Notes: generated by a model not told the origin, from the letters alone. A stretch of DNA of 64,000 nucleotides from Candidatus Lustribacter sp. (GCA_965277805.1 OZ255842.1:1568001-1632000), one strand, 5' to 3'. Counted from the stretch's first letter, positions 1 through 11,035 are shown. A program made the numbers and translations.

Positions 1-938
1 ATGGTGCCGGCGCGATCGGTGCCACGCTCGGCGCGCGGCTGTTCGAAATCGGCCGCGACGTCATGCTGATCGCCCGCGGCGAGCACGGACGGATCCTGGC
101 CGAACGCGGCCTGCGTTTCGGAACGCCGGAGGGCTGGCGCACGCTGCGCATCCCGGTCGTCGCGCATCCCGACGCGCTGACCCTCGGCGACGGCGACATC
201 GTCGTGCTCACGATGAAGAGCCAGGACACGTCCGCGGCGCTGGACGCGCTCGTCGAGCGCACGCCGCGCGACATCGCGATCGTGTGCGCGCAGAACGGTG
301 TCGAAAACGAACGGCGCGCGCTGCGGCGCTTCGCCAACACGCACGGCATGTGCGTGATGATGGCGGGCGTATTCACCGAACCGGGCGTCGTGCATCAGCA
401 CAACCCGCCGCACGGCGCGCACTGCGACATCGGCCGCGTGCCGCACGGCACCGACGCGATCGACAAACTGGTAGCCGCGGATCTCGAAGCCGCCGGCGTG
501 CGCAGCAGCGCCGCGGCCGACGTCATGGGCCTCAAGTATGCGAAGCTGCTCTCGAACGTGCTCAACGTGCTCGAAGCAGCCTGCGGCGCCGTGAGTTACG
601 GCAGCGATCTCGGCAACCGTGCCCGCACCGAAGCCGAAGCGGTGTTTTCCGCCGCCGGCATCACGCTCGGCAGCGGTCCGGAAAGCCCGCGCATCGCAAT
701 GCGCTTCGGTGAGGTCGAGGGCACGACGCGTCCCGGCGGCTCGACGCTGCAGAGCCTCGTGCGCGGCGCCGCAACGCTCGAAGGCGACGATCTCAACGGC
801 GAGATCGTGCTGCTCGGGCGCCTGCACGGCATCGCAACACCGGTGAACGCGATGTTGCAACGCCTTGCGCGCCGGCTCGTCTCCGAGCGCATTCCACCCG
901 GCTCACTGCCGCTCGCCAAGGTGGAAACGCTCGTCTAA
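1..938 (+). CDS. Ketopantoate reductase family protein (ApbA/PanE), 5' end outside window
   Basis: Frame open from window start with GAGAIG Rossmann motif (nt 3 onward), QNGV motif, K-L-x-x-N motif and C-terminal LNGEIV..G...G..TPVN. Confidence 0.85.
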   Translation, partial: GAGAIGATLGARLFEIGRDVMLIARGEHGRILAERGLRFGTPEGWRTLRIPVVAHPDALTLGDGDIVVLTMKSQDTSAALDALVERTPRDIAIVCAQNGVENERRALRRFANTHGMCVMMAGVFTEPGVVHQHNPPHGAHCDIGRVPHGTDAIDKLVAADLEAAGVRSSAAADVMGLKYAKLLSNVLNVLEAACGAVSYGSDLGNRARTEAEAVFSAAGITLGSGPESPRIAMRFGEVEGTTRPGGSTLQSLVRGAATLEGDDLNGEIVLLGRLHGIATPVNAMLQRLARRLVSERIPPGSLPLAKVETLV

Positions 939-941
939 GAC

Positions 942-2711
942 TTAGTCGTGGCGGCGGTCGTCGCTGCCGCGGGTCGCACGTGCTTGCGGATGTGCGACCG
1001 GAGCGGCGTGACTGTAGGACGGCGCGCCGGTCCGGTTATACGTTGGAGCCGCGGGATGCGTGTATGCCGGTGCGGTCTGCCGATCGTAATGCGGCTGCAC
1101 GTAACCCGGCGCTGCTTGCCGGTTATACTGCGGCTGCGCATATGCCGGCGCCGCTTGCCGATTGTACTGCGGCTGCGCGTACGGCGGTGCAGCCGGACGT
1201 GCATACGGCGGAACGTTGCCGTAGGACGGCGCGGCCGCGGCACCCGGCAGTTGCGGATGATATGCCACGTGCGTCGCGCGTGCGACCGACGCTTGCTGCG
1301 TTGTGAACGGCGTGCGCGCTGCGAAGCTTCCCGGCGTTCCGGCGAATCCGCGGGTGCTGAACTGCGGACGCACCGCGAGCGACGGCGCGACCGAGCGCTG
1401 CGTGAAGCGCAGGTTTGCTTGACTCGGAACGATCGGCAGTGCGCCGCGCAGCGGCACCGTTTGGATCCCACGCAATTGCGCCGTCGACACGACGGTCGGA
1501 TTGCCGAAGCGGCCGTTCTGGAAGTTCTCACGCGTGACCGCCGTGAACGCGCCGTTCACGGCAATGTTGCGGTAGTGCACGTCGGTGCTCACGATTGCGG
1601 TAGCGTGCGGCCCCCACCACGGGTGGAACGTTTCATACGGTGCGAGCGGCACCCAGCCGATGTTGCCGAAGCCGACGCCCACACTCACCGCGCCGATGTT
1701 GAAGCCGACGAAACCGACCAATGCGGGACTCCACGCCGGCGCGCGGCGTCCGGGAGCCGGCGGATACCACGCCCACTGATGGTGCGCCGTGCTGAAATAC
1801 CAGCGGCCATAGTGATACGGTGCCCAGCCCCACGGTTCGGCGGCGACCCAGGTCCAGCCGTAGCCCTCTTCCCATACCCAGTTGCCGTTGCGATACGGCG
1901 CCCAGCCGGCCGCGACGTTGGTTGGAATCCAAACGTTGCCGTAGGTTCCGTCGTCGACCCATTGTCCGTTAGCGGCGAGGTCGCCGACGCCCTGAATGCT
2001 CGTGTCGACGTACTGCCCTTCGCTCGAAGCCGCGAGATAGATATGGTCGCGGTCGCCGTTGTACGAATCGAAATCGTCGAGCGCGATCGCGCCTTGCATT
2101 TGTACTTGCGGATTTGCCGCCGGACCGTCGGCGATCAGCGTAGAGCCCGGCCCCAACGGCTGACTGCCTTGCGGCGTCACGATGTCGGCGCGACCGGCGC
2201 GCACGGTAACGGCGGTTTCGCCGTTCCCATCGACCGAGACGCGAAAGCTGCCGGCGGTGCGCGGGATGACCGAGATCGACGGCGTGTCGATCGCCGATTG
2301 ACCGTCGGTATCACCGAACAGGCGCAACTCGATCGTCCCCGCAGCAAGCTGGATCTGACGATTCGCCGAATCGACGTTGACGAAACGGATCTGCACGTTT
2401 TGGCCGAGCCGCACGGCCGAACGCCCGTCGAAGCCGACCTCGGCGCGGCCGTCCTGCCCCGTCGTTACGTAATCCGCGCCGAGCACCGGCGCATTGAGAA
2501 CTGCGGCGAGCGCCGAGCTGTCGTCGCCGCGCTGAATTGCAACGTCGCCGGAAAGGGCATCGATGCGCGCGACCGGCCCCGGAGCAGCTTGCGCGAAGTC
2601 GTCATCTTGTGCAAACGCCGCCGGCGCGAACGCCGGCGGCATCATGAGGGAGAAAGCCACCGCGATGACGAGCGGCAACGCCCGGCGCCGCCCGGATAAT
2701 GATGATTGCAT
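942..2711 (-). CDS. Secreted FecR-domain / DUF6600-like protein with Pro/Tyr/Gln-rich repeat tail
   Basis: Signal-peptide-like N-terminus, FecR-like beta region (VTTGQDGRAEVGFD), Trp-rich WAPYRNGNWVW..EPWGWAPYHYGRW block; start trimmed to ATG 2711. Confidence 0.75.
   Translation of the reverse strand: MQSSLSGRRRALPLVIAVAFSLMMPPAFAPAAFAQDDDFAQAAPGPVARIDALSGDVAIQRGDDSSALAAVLNAPVLGADYVTTGQDGRAEVGFDGRSAVRLGQNVQIRFVNVDSANRQIQLAAGTIELRLFGDTDGQSAIDTPSISVIPRTAGSFRVSVDGNGETAVTVRAGRADIVTPQGSQPLGPGSTLIADGPAANPQVQMQGAIALDDFDSYNGDRDHIYLAASSEGQYVDTSIQGVGDLAANGQWVDDGTYGNVWIPTNVAAGWAPYRNGNWVWEEGYGWTWVAAEPWGWAPYHYGRWYFSTAHHQWAWYPPAPGRRAPAWSPALVGFVGFNIGAVSVGVGFGNIGWVPLAPYETFHPWWGPHATAIVSTDVHYRNIAVNGAFTAVTRENFQNGRFGNPTVVSTAQLRGIQTVPLRGALPIVPSQANLRFTQRSVAPSLAVRPQFSTRGFAGTPGSFAARTPFTTQQASVARATHVAYHPQLPGAAAAPSYGNVPPYARPAAPPYAQPQYNRQAAPAYAQPQYNRQAAPGYVQPHYDRQTAPAYTHPAAPTYNRTGAPSYSHAAPVAHPQARATRGSDDRRHD
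1020..1190 (-). repeat. Degenerate 39-nt in-frame tandem repeat (AAPxYAQPQYNRQ, about 4 copies)
   Basis: Translation: AAPPYAQPQYNRQ AAPAYAQPQYNRQ AAPGYVQPHYDRQ TAPAYTHP. Confidence 0.8.
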
Positions 2712-2912
2712 TGAGGGCCTCCGATCGATGTGTACCCTGGAACGGCTGCTTCCCTCGTGGGAGTTCCGCGGCCGGCCCGGCGCCGGCGTAAGCTTAATCC
2801 GAGTCCAATCTCCGCGGCTCATGGCGGCAGCGTGGCCGCCGATACGTTCTACATACAACTGCACGGACGCATGGCGCGGCCGCACGCTTCACTTGGTAAG
2901 GGGACGATCGTT

Positions 2913-3551
2913 GTGAAGGTTCGCTTGGCACTCATAATTGCCGCCTTTTCTGCAATGCTCGCGCCGGCGATGGCGCAAGACACGCAGGGCCTCGCGCCGG
3001 CGGATGAATACTTCGGCCACTATAGACTCAGCGTGCTCGGGATCGCCAATACGATTCGCGACGCCGGCGCGCGCATCGACGCGGGCACGGCGCCGGGCTC
3101 GATGCTGACCGGTCCGCTCGGCTTTGTCACCGATGCGATCAAGGATTGGGAAAGCCAGTACCCCGCCGACCCGTGGATCTCAAAAGATCTGCTCGCGCTC
3201 GAAACGGTGTATCTGCGCGTGCCGACCGACGAAGGCTTCCGGCTCGCATCGCAAACGGAATCGTGGCTCGTCGCCGACTATCCGAACACGGACAGCGCCG
3301 CGAACGGCCGCAGCGAGTTGGCTGCCAATCGGATTCCCTATATGCCGCAGCAGATTCCGCAAGTCGCGCAAGCGCCCGCACCGGCTCCCGCGCCGCAGCA
3401 ATACTACACGCCGCTGCCGCCGGTCGCGTACGCTCCGCCGCCGCAACCCGCAATCCCATCCTACGCAATTCCGTGGCAACGCTTTGCCGCGATGCGCGCA
3501 CCGCTTCCGCCGCCACCGGTGCGCTATTATCGGTACGGATACGGTTACTAA
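2913..3551 (+). CDS. Hypothetical secreted protein, Pro-rich C-terminus
   Basis: GTG start after GGGGA SD-like sequence, signal peptide ending AMA-Q, APADEYFG motif. Confidence 0.65.
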   Translation: MKVRLALIIAAFSAMLAPAMAQDTQGLAPADEYFGHYRLSVLGIANTIRDAGARIDAGTAPGSMLTGPLGFVTDAIKDWESQYPADPWISKDLLALETVYLRVPTDEGFRLASQTESWLVADYPNTDSAANGRSELAANRIPYMPQQIPQVAQAPAPAPAPQQYYTPLPPVAYAPPPQPAIPSYAIPWQRFAAMRAPLPPPPVRYYRYGYGY

Positions 3552-3578
3552 AATCGCGCGGGCGGGTATGACGGTGAA

Positions 3579-4097
3579 GTGATACGCGCCCTCGTCGTTC
3601 TCGTTGGTCTGCTGGCAGGCGTCCTGGCGTTTGCAGCGGGCGGCGCACAAGCGGCCGGTCCCTCGCAAGCGCTCGGCGTCACGCTGCACCACAATCGTGC
3701 GGCGACCGAGCGCTTACCGCAATATCTTTCGGCCGCCCCGATTGCGGTCAACGTCAAAGGCCGCTACGCCGGCCGGCTGCAATCGCTAACGGTTACCGCA
3801 ACCGGACCGAGCGGCGAGGCGGTCAGCACGCCGCTCGCGCGCACCGGCAATACATTCAGCGGCAATTTGCACTTGGGCGCTCCGGGAACGTGGACGGTCG
3901 CGTTTTCAACGCAACTCGGTTCCGTCAGCGCCGCGCTGGCCAACGTGCCGCTCGATGTCGTCGATGAAGATGCCGCCGATCTCGCTGCGCGCTTTGCGTT
4001 CGCGCTCTCGGCGTTGTCGATCGTGGCCGGTTTGGCACTGGTCGTGCGCATGAACGGCCGCCCGCTCGTGCTCGCGGTCGCTAAGAAACGTAGCTGA
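3579..4097 (+). CDS. Hypothetical exported Ig-like (YtkA/FixH-like) protein with C-terminal membrane anchor
   Basis: Signal peptide, beta-rich core (PGTWTV), C-terminal TM helix followed by basic tail. Confidence 0.6.
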   Translation: MIRALVVLVGLLAGVLAFAAGGAQAAGPSQALGVTLHHNRAATERLPQYLSAAPIAVNVKGRYAGRLQSLTVTATGPSGEAVSTPLARTGNTFSGNLHLGAPGTWTVAFSTQLGSVSAALANVPLDVVDEDAADLAARFAFALSALSIVAGLALVVRMNGRPLVLAVAKKRS

Positions 4098-4500
4098 CGT
4101 TGACGCTGTAGCCGCCCGCTTCGGCGCGGTGCAGCACGTTCAAAACCGAATCGATGTCGGAGTCGACGTCGATCATCTCGCCCGCGCTGATGCCGACGGG
4201 TCCCGCGTTCGCCCACAACAAACGGCGCGCGGTTTGGAACGCGGCACGTAACCGCTGCGGCGTTGCTTCGAGTACCGGCCAGTCGTCGTACGATGCCGCC
4301 GGAACGATGCGCCAGCCGTCACCCGAACATTCGACCTCATCGGCGTAGGCATGCGGAACGTTGGCCAAAACGTCGAGATTGGCCCGATCTTGGATGGTCG
4401 TCGCGACGTCGGCTTCGGCGAGCCGGATGACGTAGCGATAAAACGATGAATTTGCGACGGAGCACATCCCGGCGGGGGAACCGACGCTAACGCTAACCAT
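4081..4500 (-). CDS. Hypothetical protein, last gene of ilvD-thrC-thrB run
   Basis: Protein-like composition, ATG 4500, co-oriented 30 nt after thrB. Confidence 0.6.
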   Translation of the reverse strand: MVSVSVGSPAGMCSVANSSFYRYVIRLAEADVATTIQDRANLDVLANVPHAYADEVECSGDGWRIVPAASYDDWPVLEATPQRLRAAFQTARRLLWANAGPVGISAGEMIDVDSDIDSVLNVLHRAEAGGYSVNVSYVS

Positions 4501-4530
4501 TGGCCAACGGCCTTCGCGCGCCGGCAAAAC

Positions 4531-5430
4531 TCACCCCTCTCGGACGATGCCGTGGGCCGAGATCGCCAGCTCGAGCACGCGCGACGCCACGCCGTGCTTG
4601 GCGAAGATCGCCTGCATCCGCTCGCCCGCATCGCAGCCCGGGCGCACCAGCGCGATCACGGACGGCCCGGCACCCGAGAGCGCCACACCGAGCAAGCCCG
4701 GCGCGTCGAGCGCGAGCATCTCCGGCAATCCCGGCACGAACGACGCCCGGAACGGCTGGTGCAGCCGGTCGTGCATGGCGGTCCGCAAGAGATCGATTTG
4801 ACCGCTTGCTAGAGCGGCGGCAAGCAGCGCGGCATGTCCTACGTTATAAACGGCGTCGCGGCGCGGGTAGGCGTCGGGCAAGATCGCTCGCGCTTCACGC
4901 GTCGGCATCGAAAAATCGGGCACGACGACTTGCGCGCTCAGCTCGGCCGGCGCATCGAACCGTGCGTACACGACGTCTTCGCCTTCGGAAACGGCGACCA
5001 CGATACCGCCGACGATCGCCGGCACGCCGTTGTCCGGATGGCCTTCGAGCACCGTGATCGTGCGCGTGAGCTCATCGATCGTCGGCTCGGGGTCGCGCAG
5101 TGCCGCCGCGATCGCCAAACCGAGCGCCGCGCCGGCCGCGCTTCCGCCGAGCCCGCGTCCGAGCGGGACCGGATTTTCCACGCTGATCGCAAGCGGCGGC
5201 GGCGTTTGACCGACGCTCGCATAGAGCGTGCGCATCGCGCGCAGCATCTCATCGCGTAAACCGCCGTGCGTCGGCGCTTCGGAGCCGCTGAAGTCCCACG
5301 CCGGTTCGCTGCCCGGGTCCAGCACGCGCACGTCGGCGCGAATGCGGAGTTCGAGCGCAAGACCGATCGTGTCGAAACCGGGACCGAGGTTGGCGCTCGT
5401 CGCGGGAACGCTGACGGCGAACCGCTTCAC
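4531..5430 (-). CDS. thrB: Homoserine kinase
   Basis: VPATSANLGPGFD, PLGRGLGGS GHMP motif, EGHPDN, SGAGPS. Confidence 0.95.
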   Translation of the reverse strand: MKRFAVSVPATSANLGPGFDTIGLALELRIRADVRVLDPGSEPAWDFSGSEAPTHGGLRDEMLRAMRTLYASVGQTPPPLAISVENPVPLGRGLGGSAAGAALGLAIAAALRDPEPTIDELTRTITVLEGHPDNGVPAIVGGIVVAVSEGEDVVYARFDAPAELSAQVVVPDFSMPTREARAILPDAYPRRDAVYNVGHAALLAAALASGQIDLLRTAMHDRLHQPFRASFVPGLPEMLALDAPGLLGVALSGAGPSVIALVRPGCDAGERMQAIFAKHGVASRVLELAISAHGIVREG

Positions 5431-6674
5431 GCGGGGGCGTTGAGGCGGTCGATGACCTCGGCGGGATCGACGCCGCGCAAGATACGGTTCGCGAACGGCG
5501 CCGCGCTCTCATGATAGTTGGCAGCATACGCGCCGTCTTTGAGCACGTGCCCGGTAAGGATCAGCACGATGTCGTCGCCCGCGCCGATCGTACCGTCGCC
5601 GGCGAGTTGACGCAGGCCGGCCAGCGTTGCCGCCGAGGCAGGTTCGCTGCCGATGCCGTCGCGGCCGACGATCGCGCGCGCATCGGCGATCGCGTCGTCG
5701 TCGACGTGCAGCACCGTGCCGCGCGAAGCGGCAACTTCGGCACGGGCCTTCTTCCACGATGCCGGAGCTCCGATCTTGATCGCGGTCGCGGTCGTATCGG
5801 CGTGCACGGGAATGAGATCGGCTTTGTCGCGGAACGCCCGCGCGAACGGCGCCGCGCCGGAGGCTTGCACCACGGCGAGACGCGGCAGGCGATCGATCCA
5901 GCCCAATGCCAGTGCTTCGCGAAAGCCTTTGCCGAGCGCGCTCGTGTTACCGAGGTTGCCGCCCGGCAAGACGATCCAATCGGGCACGCGCCAGCCGCGC
6001 TGTTCGAGCAGCACGAACGCGGCGGTCTTCTGGCCTTCGATGCGATAGGGGTTGACGGAATTCACGATTGCAACGCGCTGCGGATCCATCGCGCGCACTG
6101 TCACGAGCGCGGCGTCGAAATCGCCATCGATGGCGACGACGGTCGCGCCGTAATCGAGCGTTTGCGCGACCTTCGCTTCGCTGATCCCGGTCGACGGCAC
6201 CAGCACGACGGCGTGGATGCCCGCACGGGCCGCATACGCGGAGAGCGACGCCGACGTGTTGCCCGTGCTGGCGCAGATCGCAACGCGCGCGCCGGTCGCC
6301 GCGGCGCGCGAAATCGCCACCGTCATACCGGCGTCTTTGAACGAGGCGGTGGGATTCATGCCGAGGTGCAGACACGAGAGGTGTTGCACGCCCGCGTATG
6401 CGGCGCTGCGCGGCGCATCGTAGACCGGCACGTCGCCTTCGCGCAGCGTCACGATCGAATCGAACGGAATCGGCGGCAGCAGATCGCGATATCGCCACAC
6501 GCCGCTGCGGTCGCGCAGATCGTTGGAGTTGCGGCGCGCCGCGATGCGGTCGCGATCGGGCGCCGTGCCCGAAGCCGCGGCAAACGTCTCGAACGCCAGC
6601 AACCCTTCGCACGACGCGCAGAACATCGCGTCGGGCGCGGCGGCGCGGCCGCATTCGCTACAAACGAGGTTCAC
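5427..6674 (-). CDS. thrC: Threonine synthase
   Basis: [11 protein letters not shown] lysine, [28 protein letters not shown]. Confidence 0.95.
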   Translation of the reverse strand: MNLVCSECGRAAAPDAMFCASCEGLLAFETFAAASGTAPDRDRIAARRNSNDLRDRSGVWRYRDLLPPIPFDSIVTLREGDVPVYDAPRSAAYAGVQHLSCLHLGMNPTASFKDAGMTVAISRAAATGARVAICASTGNTSASLSAYAARAGIHAVVLVPSTGISEAKVAQTLDYGATVVAIDGDFDAALVTVRAMDPQRVAIVNSVNPYRIEGQKTAAFVLLEQRGWRVPDWIVLPGGNLGNTSALGKGFREALALGWIDRLPRLAVVQASGAAPFARAFRDKADLIPVHADTTATAIKIGAPASWKKARAEVAASRGTVLHVDDDAIADARAIVGRDGIGSEPASAATLAGLRQLAGDGTIGAGDDIVLILTGHVLKDGAYAANYHESAAPFANRILRGVDPAEVIDRLNAPA

Positions 6675-8356
6675 GCGGTCGTAACTGCCCCTTCCGCCGC
6701 CGAGCCCACCAGGCGCGCGTACTTTGCCATCACGCTGCTGTTCCCGTAACGCGGTGCAGGCTGCTTGACGGTTGCGAGCCGCTGCTGCATCTCGGCATCG
6801 GAGATGTCGAGGGTCAGTTTGCGGTTGTCGATGTCGATCGTGATCGTATCGCCGTCGCGTACGGCAGCGATCGGACCGCCCACGTAGGCTTCGGGCGCGA
6901 CGTGGCCGATCATCAGCCCGCGCGTTGCGCCGCTAAAGCGGCCGTCGGTGATGAGCGCGACCGTTTCGCCGAGGCCTTGGCCGACGATGGCGGCCGTGAC
7001 GCCGAGCATCTCGCGCATACCCGGACCACCCTTCGGTCCTTCGTAGCGAATGACCACGACGTCGCCGTCCACGATCTCGCGCTTGTCGACCGCGTGCATC
7101 GCGTCTTCTTCGCGTTCGAATACGCGCGCGCGCCCCGTGTGCAGCGAACGTTCGTGCCCCGCCACTTTGACGACCGAACCGTCCGGGGAAAGATTGCCGC
7201 GCAGGATCACGATGCCGCCGGTCTTCTTGAACGGGTGTTCGGCCGTTGCGATGACCTTCTGCCCCGGTGTTTCTTTGATGTTCGCGGTTTCTTCGGCCAG
7301 CGTACGGCCGGTGGGCGTCAAGGTCGAGCCGTTCACGAGTCCGCCGGCGATCATGCGTTGCGCGATCAGGCCGATACCGCCGGCTTGGTCGACGTCGAGC
7401 GCGACGTATTGTCCGCCGGGCCGCAAGTCGGCGACGATCGGCGTGCGTTCGCTGATGCGATCGAAGTCATCGATCGTCAGCGGTACGCCGGCTTCGCGCG
7501 CCATCGCAAGCAGATGCAAGACGCTGTTGGTCGAGCCGCCGGTTCCGGCGGCCGCCGCAATCGCGTTGTCGAACGCATCGCGCGTGCAGATGTCGCGCGG
7601 TTTCAAATTCCGGCGCAACAGTTCCATTACGATCTGCCCGGCGCGATACGCTTCTTTTTCCTTGCGCGCGTCGGTTGCGCCGGGACTCGCGCTGCCGACC
7701 GGCGAGAGCCCGATGAACTCGAGCACGCCGGCCATCGTATTGGCGGTAAACTGACCGCCGCACGCGCCGGCGCCGGGGCAGGCAAAGTTTTCGATCTGCA
7801 ACAGTTCGTGATCGTCGATCTTGCCGGCGGCGTGCGCGCCGACCGCTTCGAACACGTCGCCGATCGTCAGATCGCGGCCCTTATACTTGCCGGGCGCAAT
7901 CGAACCGCCGTAGAGCGCGAGCCCCGGAATGTTCAAGCGCAACAGCGCCATGCCGGCGGCCGGAATCGTCTTATCGCACGCGACCAGGCACACCACGGCG
8001 TCGAAGCCGTAACCGCGCGCGACCAGCTCGATCGAATCGGCGATCACTTCGCGGCTGATCAGCGAGGTTTTCATCCCCTCGGTGCCCATCGAGATCCCGT
8101 CGCTGATCGCGATCGTGTTGAACTCGAGCGGCGTTCCGCCGGCCGCCCGAACGCCCGCGCGCACGTGGTCGGCCAGACCGCGCAGGTTGAAATTGCACGG
8201 CATCGCGTCGGTCCACGTATTGGCGATGAGGACCAGCGGTTTTTTGAGATCTTCGTCGGTCAAACCGACGGCTTTGAAGTACGAGCGTGCTGCGGCCCGA
8301 TCGCGTCCATCGACGACGACCGAACTTCGCGCGCGCATCGCGTCTGAAACGGACAT
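6671..8356 (-). CDS. ilvD: Dihydroxy-acid dehydratase
   Basis: [38 protein letters not shown] motifs; ATG 8356 with GAGG SD. Confidence 0.95.
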   Translation of the reverse strand: MSVSDAMRARSSVVVDGRDRAAARSYFKAVGLTDEDLKKPLVLIANTWTDAMPCNFNLRGLADHVRAGVRAAGGTPLEFNTIAISDGISMGTEGMKTSLISREVIADSIELVARGYGFDAVVCLVACDKTIPAAGMALLRLNIPGLALYGGSIAPGKYKGRDLTIGDVFEAVGAHAAGKIDDHELLQIENFACPGAGACGGQFTANTMAGVLEFIGLSPVGSASPGATDARKEKEAYRAGQIVMELLRRNLKPRDICTRDAFDNAIAAAAGTGGSTNSVLHLLAMAREAGVPLTIDDFDRISERTPIVADLRPGGQYVALDVDQAGGIGLIAQRMIAGGLVNGSTLTPTGRTLAEETANIKETPGQKVIATAEHPFKKTGGIVILRGNLSPDGSVVKVAGHERSLHTGRARVFEREEDAMHAVDKREIVDGDVVVIRYEGPKGGPGMREMLGVTAAIVGQGLGETVALITDGRFSGATRGLMIGHVAPEAYVGGPIAAVRDGDTITIDIDNRKLTLDISDAEMQQRLATVKQPAPRYGNSSVMAKYARLVGSAAEGAVTTA

Positions 8357-8392
8357 GGGGAGCCTCTTCTTCATGCCGAACAGGATTGCATC

Positions 8393-9736
8393 GTGATCGA
8401 CCAACAGCCGCGTTTAGGCTTCAGTGGGCAGGACGTTCCCCCCGAGGACGTATTCAATCAATGCGTCCGCTGCGGGCTGTGCCTGCCCACCTGTCCGACC
8501 TACGTCGAAACCCTGGTCGAGACATCGGGACCGCGCGGGCGCATCGCCTTGATCCGGGCCGTTGCCGAGGGGCAACTCGACCTGACGAGTCCGGGCTTCA
8601 TGCATCAGATGAGCGAGTGCCTCGATTGCCGGGCTTGCGAGGCCGTTTGCCCGTCCGGCGTGCGTTACGGCGAGTTGCTCGAGCCGGCCCGGACCCAGAT
8701 CGTGCGGGCGACCGCACCCACGCGCTCGCCCTCCGCAACCTTCGGCCGCAGCGTGCTGATCGGCGCGCTCTTCTCGCAGTTGTGGTTCATGCGGCTGGTT
8801 GCGAACTTCGTGCGCATCTACCAGCGCAGCGGCTTGCAAGCGCTCGCGCGCAAGAGCGGCATCCTGCGCGCGCTGCGTCTCGAGGAACTCGAAGCGCTCG
8901 CGCCGCGGATGTCGTCGTCGTTTTTCGTTGCGCGCGGCCAGCATTTTCCAGCGCAAGGCACCCGTAAAGCCACGGCCTTTTTGCACGCGGGCTGCATCAT
9001 GCACGTCGCCTTCGCAGACTGGAACGAAGCGTCGGTGCGCGTGCTCAACCGCGCCGGCATCGACGTCGTCGTGCCCGCCGATCAAGGCTGCTGCGGGGCG
9101 ATCACGATCCATGCCGGCGAAATGGATCGCGGCCGCGAGCTCGCCAAGCGCAACATCGCGGCGTTCGAGCGCAGCGGCGCCGACGTGTACGTGATCAACG
9201 CCGCCGGCTGCGGTTCGGCGCTCAAGGAATACGGGCAGCTCTTTCATGGCGATTCGGCTTGGCACGAACGCGCGCTCGCGTTCAGCGCCAAGGTCCGCGA
9301 CATCACGGAATATCTCGACGAAGTCGGCATCGGCGCGGGGCTGGGCACGTTGAACGCCGTCGTCACGTATCAAGACCCGTGTCATCTCGCACATGCGCAA
9401 CGCATCACGGCCGCGCCGCGGCGGCTGCTCGCGCAGATTCCGGGCCTCGAACTTCGTGAGATGGAAGAGAGCTCGCTCTGTTGCGGGAGCGCCGGAATCT
9501 ACAACGTCACGCAACCGGAAATGGCCGGCCGCCTCGGCCGCCGCAAAGTCGAGCACGTGATCGACGTCGCGCCCGACATCCTCGCCACCGCCAACCCCGG
9601 CTGCGCCCTGCAAATCGCCAACGGCCTGCGCACGACCGGCAAGAACATCGAAGTCCTCCACGTCGTGCAATTATTAGATCGAGCCTACTCTTCCGATGTC
9701 ACCCCGAGCTTGTCGAGGGGCAGCCGCCAAGCTTGA
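8393..9736 (+). CDS. glcF: Glycolate oxidase iron-sulfur subunit (2x4Fe-4S + two CCG domains)
   Basis: CxxCxxCxxxCP twice, [21 protein letters not shown]. Confidence 0.88.
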   Translation: MIDQQPRLGFSGQDVPPEDVFNQCVRCGLCLPTCPTYVETLVETSGPRGRIALIRAVAEGQLDLTSPGFMHQMSECLDCRACEAVCPSGVRYGELLEPARTQIVRATAPTRSPSATFGRSVLIGALFSQLWFMRLVANFVRIYQRSGLQALARKSGILRALRLEELEALAPRMSSSFFVARGQHFPAQGTRKATAFLHAGCIMHVAFADWNEASVRVLNRAGIDVVVPADQGCCGAITIHAGEMDRGRELAKRNIAAFERSGADVYVINAAGCGSALKEYGQLFHGDSAWHERALAFSAKVRDITEYLDEVGIGAGLGTLNAVVTYQDPCHLAHAQRITAAPRRLLAQIPGLELREMEESSLCCGSAGIYNVTQPEMAGRLGRRKVEHVIDVAPDILATANPGCALQIANGLRTTGKNIEVLHVVQLLDRAYSSDVTPSLSRGSRQA

Positions 9737-9772
9737 CGATCGAGGCGGTCCCTCGACAAGCTCGGGATGACA
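9697..9772. repeat. REP-like inverted repeat, 23-bp arms (22/23 match)
   Basis: TGTCACCCCGAGCTTGTCGAGGG (9697-9719) ... CCCTCGACAAGCTCGGGATGACA (9750-9772) at the junction of convergent genes. Confidence 0.8.
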
Positions 9773-9773
9773 A

Positions 9774-10112
9774 CTACGCTTTGTACTCGCGCCACTCCGA
9801 GATTTTGCCGTCGCGGGTGTGGACGATCGCGCAGCCGGGGCTACCCGTCCAGGTGCCGTCTTTGAGCTTGATTTCCCAGGTGTAGGCAACCGCGAAGCGT
9901 TCGCCGTCGCCGAAGAGATCGTGCACTGTCATGCGCCACTCGGGCCCGCCGTGAAAGAACGGCTTCCAGTGCGCGGCGATCGTATCGCGTCCGACGACCG
10001 GCTCTTTCTTGGCTTCGTGAAAGATGCCGTCGGCCGTGAAGTATGCGGCCGAACCGGTTTCGTCACCGGCTCGCCACAGGTCGAACATCTGCTCGAAATC
10101 GGAAACGGTCAC
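9774..10112 (-). CDS. SnoaL/NTF2-like family protein
   Basis: F.ADG.F....PVVGR..I, RDGKI..WREY pattern. Confidence 0.85.
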   Translation of the reverse strand: MTVSDFEQMFDLWRAGDETGSAAYFTADGIFHEAKKEPVVGRDTIAAHWKPFFHGGPEWRMTVHDLFGDGERFAVAYTWEIKLKDGTWTGSPGCAIVHTRDGKISEWREYKA

Positions 10113-10483
10113 AGGTCGCCGACGCGCACCCCGTCGGTAAGGGCATCGTTGAGCGTCGAGTAGACGGCGAAGATCTTGAGCAGGCCGGTGATGCGCAGCA
10201 GGCGCACGATCTGGCCTTCCTTCACTACGAGGCGCACTTCGCCGTCGAACTCTTTGGCCCGCCGCTGCGCGCCGATCAGCGCGCCGAGGCCGGTCGAGTC
10301 GAGGAAGTCGACGTTGGTGAGATCGACGATGAGCCGATGATCGCCGCGCGCGGACGCATCGAGCAGCGATGCCCGGACCGTCGGCGAGGTGGCGATGTCT
10401 AAACTGCCGCTGAGTTCGAAGACTTGCATGCCGTCCACGACGTGCATGTGCAGTTTGAGATCTTCGTGACTGTGATTACTCAA
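10109..10483 (-). CDS. STAS-domain anti-sigma factor antagonist
   Basis: GSLDIATSP, DLTNVDFLDSTGLG with conserved phospho-Ser; start trimmed to exclude tRNA-Gln (exact start uncertain). Confidence 0.9.
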   Translation of the reverse strand: MSNHSHEDLKLHMHVVDGMQVFELSGSLDIATSPTVRASLLDASARGDHRLIVDLTNVDFLDSTGLGALIGAQRRAKEFDGEVRLVVKEGQIVRLLRITGLLKIFAVYSTLNDALTDGVRVGDL

Positions 10484-10520
10484 ATTGTCCAACCCTTCCG
10501 AATCCGCCGGGAGAGCGATG

Positions 10521-10593
10521 CTGGGGCGGCTGGACTCGAACCAACGCATGCCAGGATCAAAACCTGGTGCCTTACCAACTTGGCTACGCCCCA
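10521..10593 (-). tRNA. tRNA-Gln(TTG), CCA not encoded
   Basis: TGGGGCGTAGCCAAGTTGGTAAGGCACCAGGTTTTGATCCTGGCATGCGTTGGTTCGAGTCCAGCCGCCCCAG cloverleaf. Confidence 0.95.
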
Positions 10594-10648
10594 CAAAATC
10601 GCGCCTCGGCGCCAGCGCGTCTAGTTAGACGACACGGCCTCTGAGCCT

Positions 10649-11035
10649 TTAGGTGCGAACGCGGAACGCGCGGTCGGCGAGCGCCGAGACGATCGGGATC
10701 GTGAAGAGCTCGCCCCGGCCCGCGCGCGCCGAGTAGGAAAACGCGAGCACGGTCAGCGTCACGAACACGATCGCGTCGAGGAGCAATCCGGCCATGTAGA
10801 TGGTGACGGTCGCGCCGGTCGAGATGCCGGCGTCGAAGATGACCGTCAGCAGCGGCAGGGCCATCACGACGACGAAGACCACGCTGGCCAAGATCCCGAA
10901 CGTCAGCGCTTGGCGCGTATGGATGCGCGTCCAGCGCGACGCATCCGGCACTTCCCGGACCAGCGCGGCTAATGCGAGCGGCCAGACCAAGTACGCGCTT
11001 GCGGCGCGCTGATAATCTTGCTGCTCTTCGATCAG
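10649..11035 (-). CDS. DUF4870-like membrane protein (3 TM)
   Basis: AYL..., H..QAL..., A.RGE.F.IPIV pattern; only plausible start is CTG overlapping the upstream TGA. Confidence 0.7.
   Translation of the reverse strand: MIEEQQDYQRAASAYLVWPLALAALVREVPDASRWTRIHTRQALTFGILASVVFVVVMALPLLTVIFDAGISTGATVTIYMAGLLLDAIVFVTLTVLAFSYSARAGRGELFTIPIVSALADRAFRVRT

Noticed and set aside
1020-1190. Tandem repeat as a CRISPR array
   Set aside because: In-frame coding repeat, no unique spacers, no cas genes
10484-10594. N-terminal extension of the STAS ORF in the ORF track
   Set aside because: It is the tRNA-Gln gene read in frame
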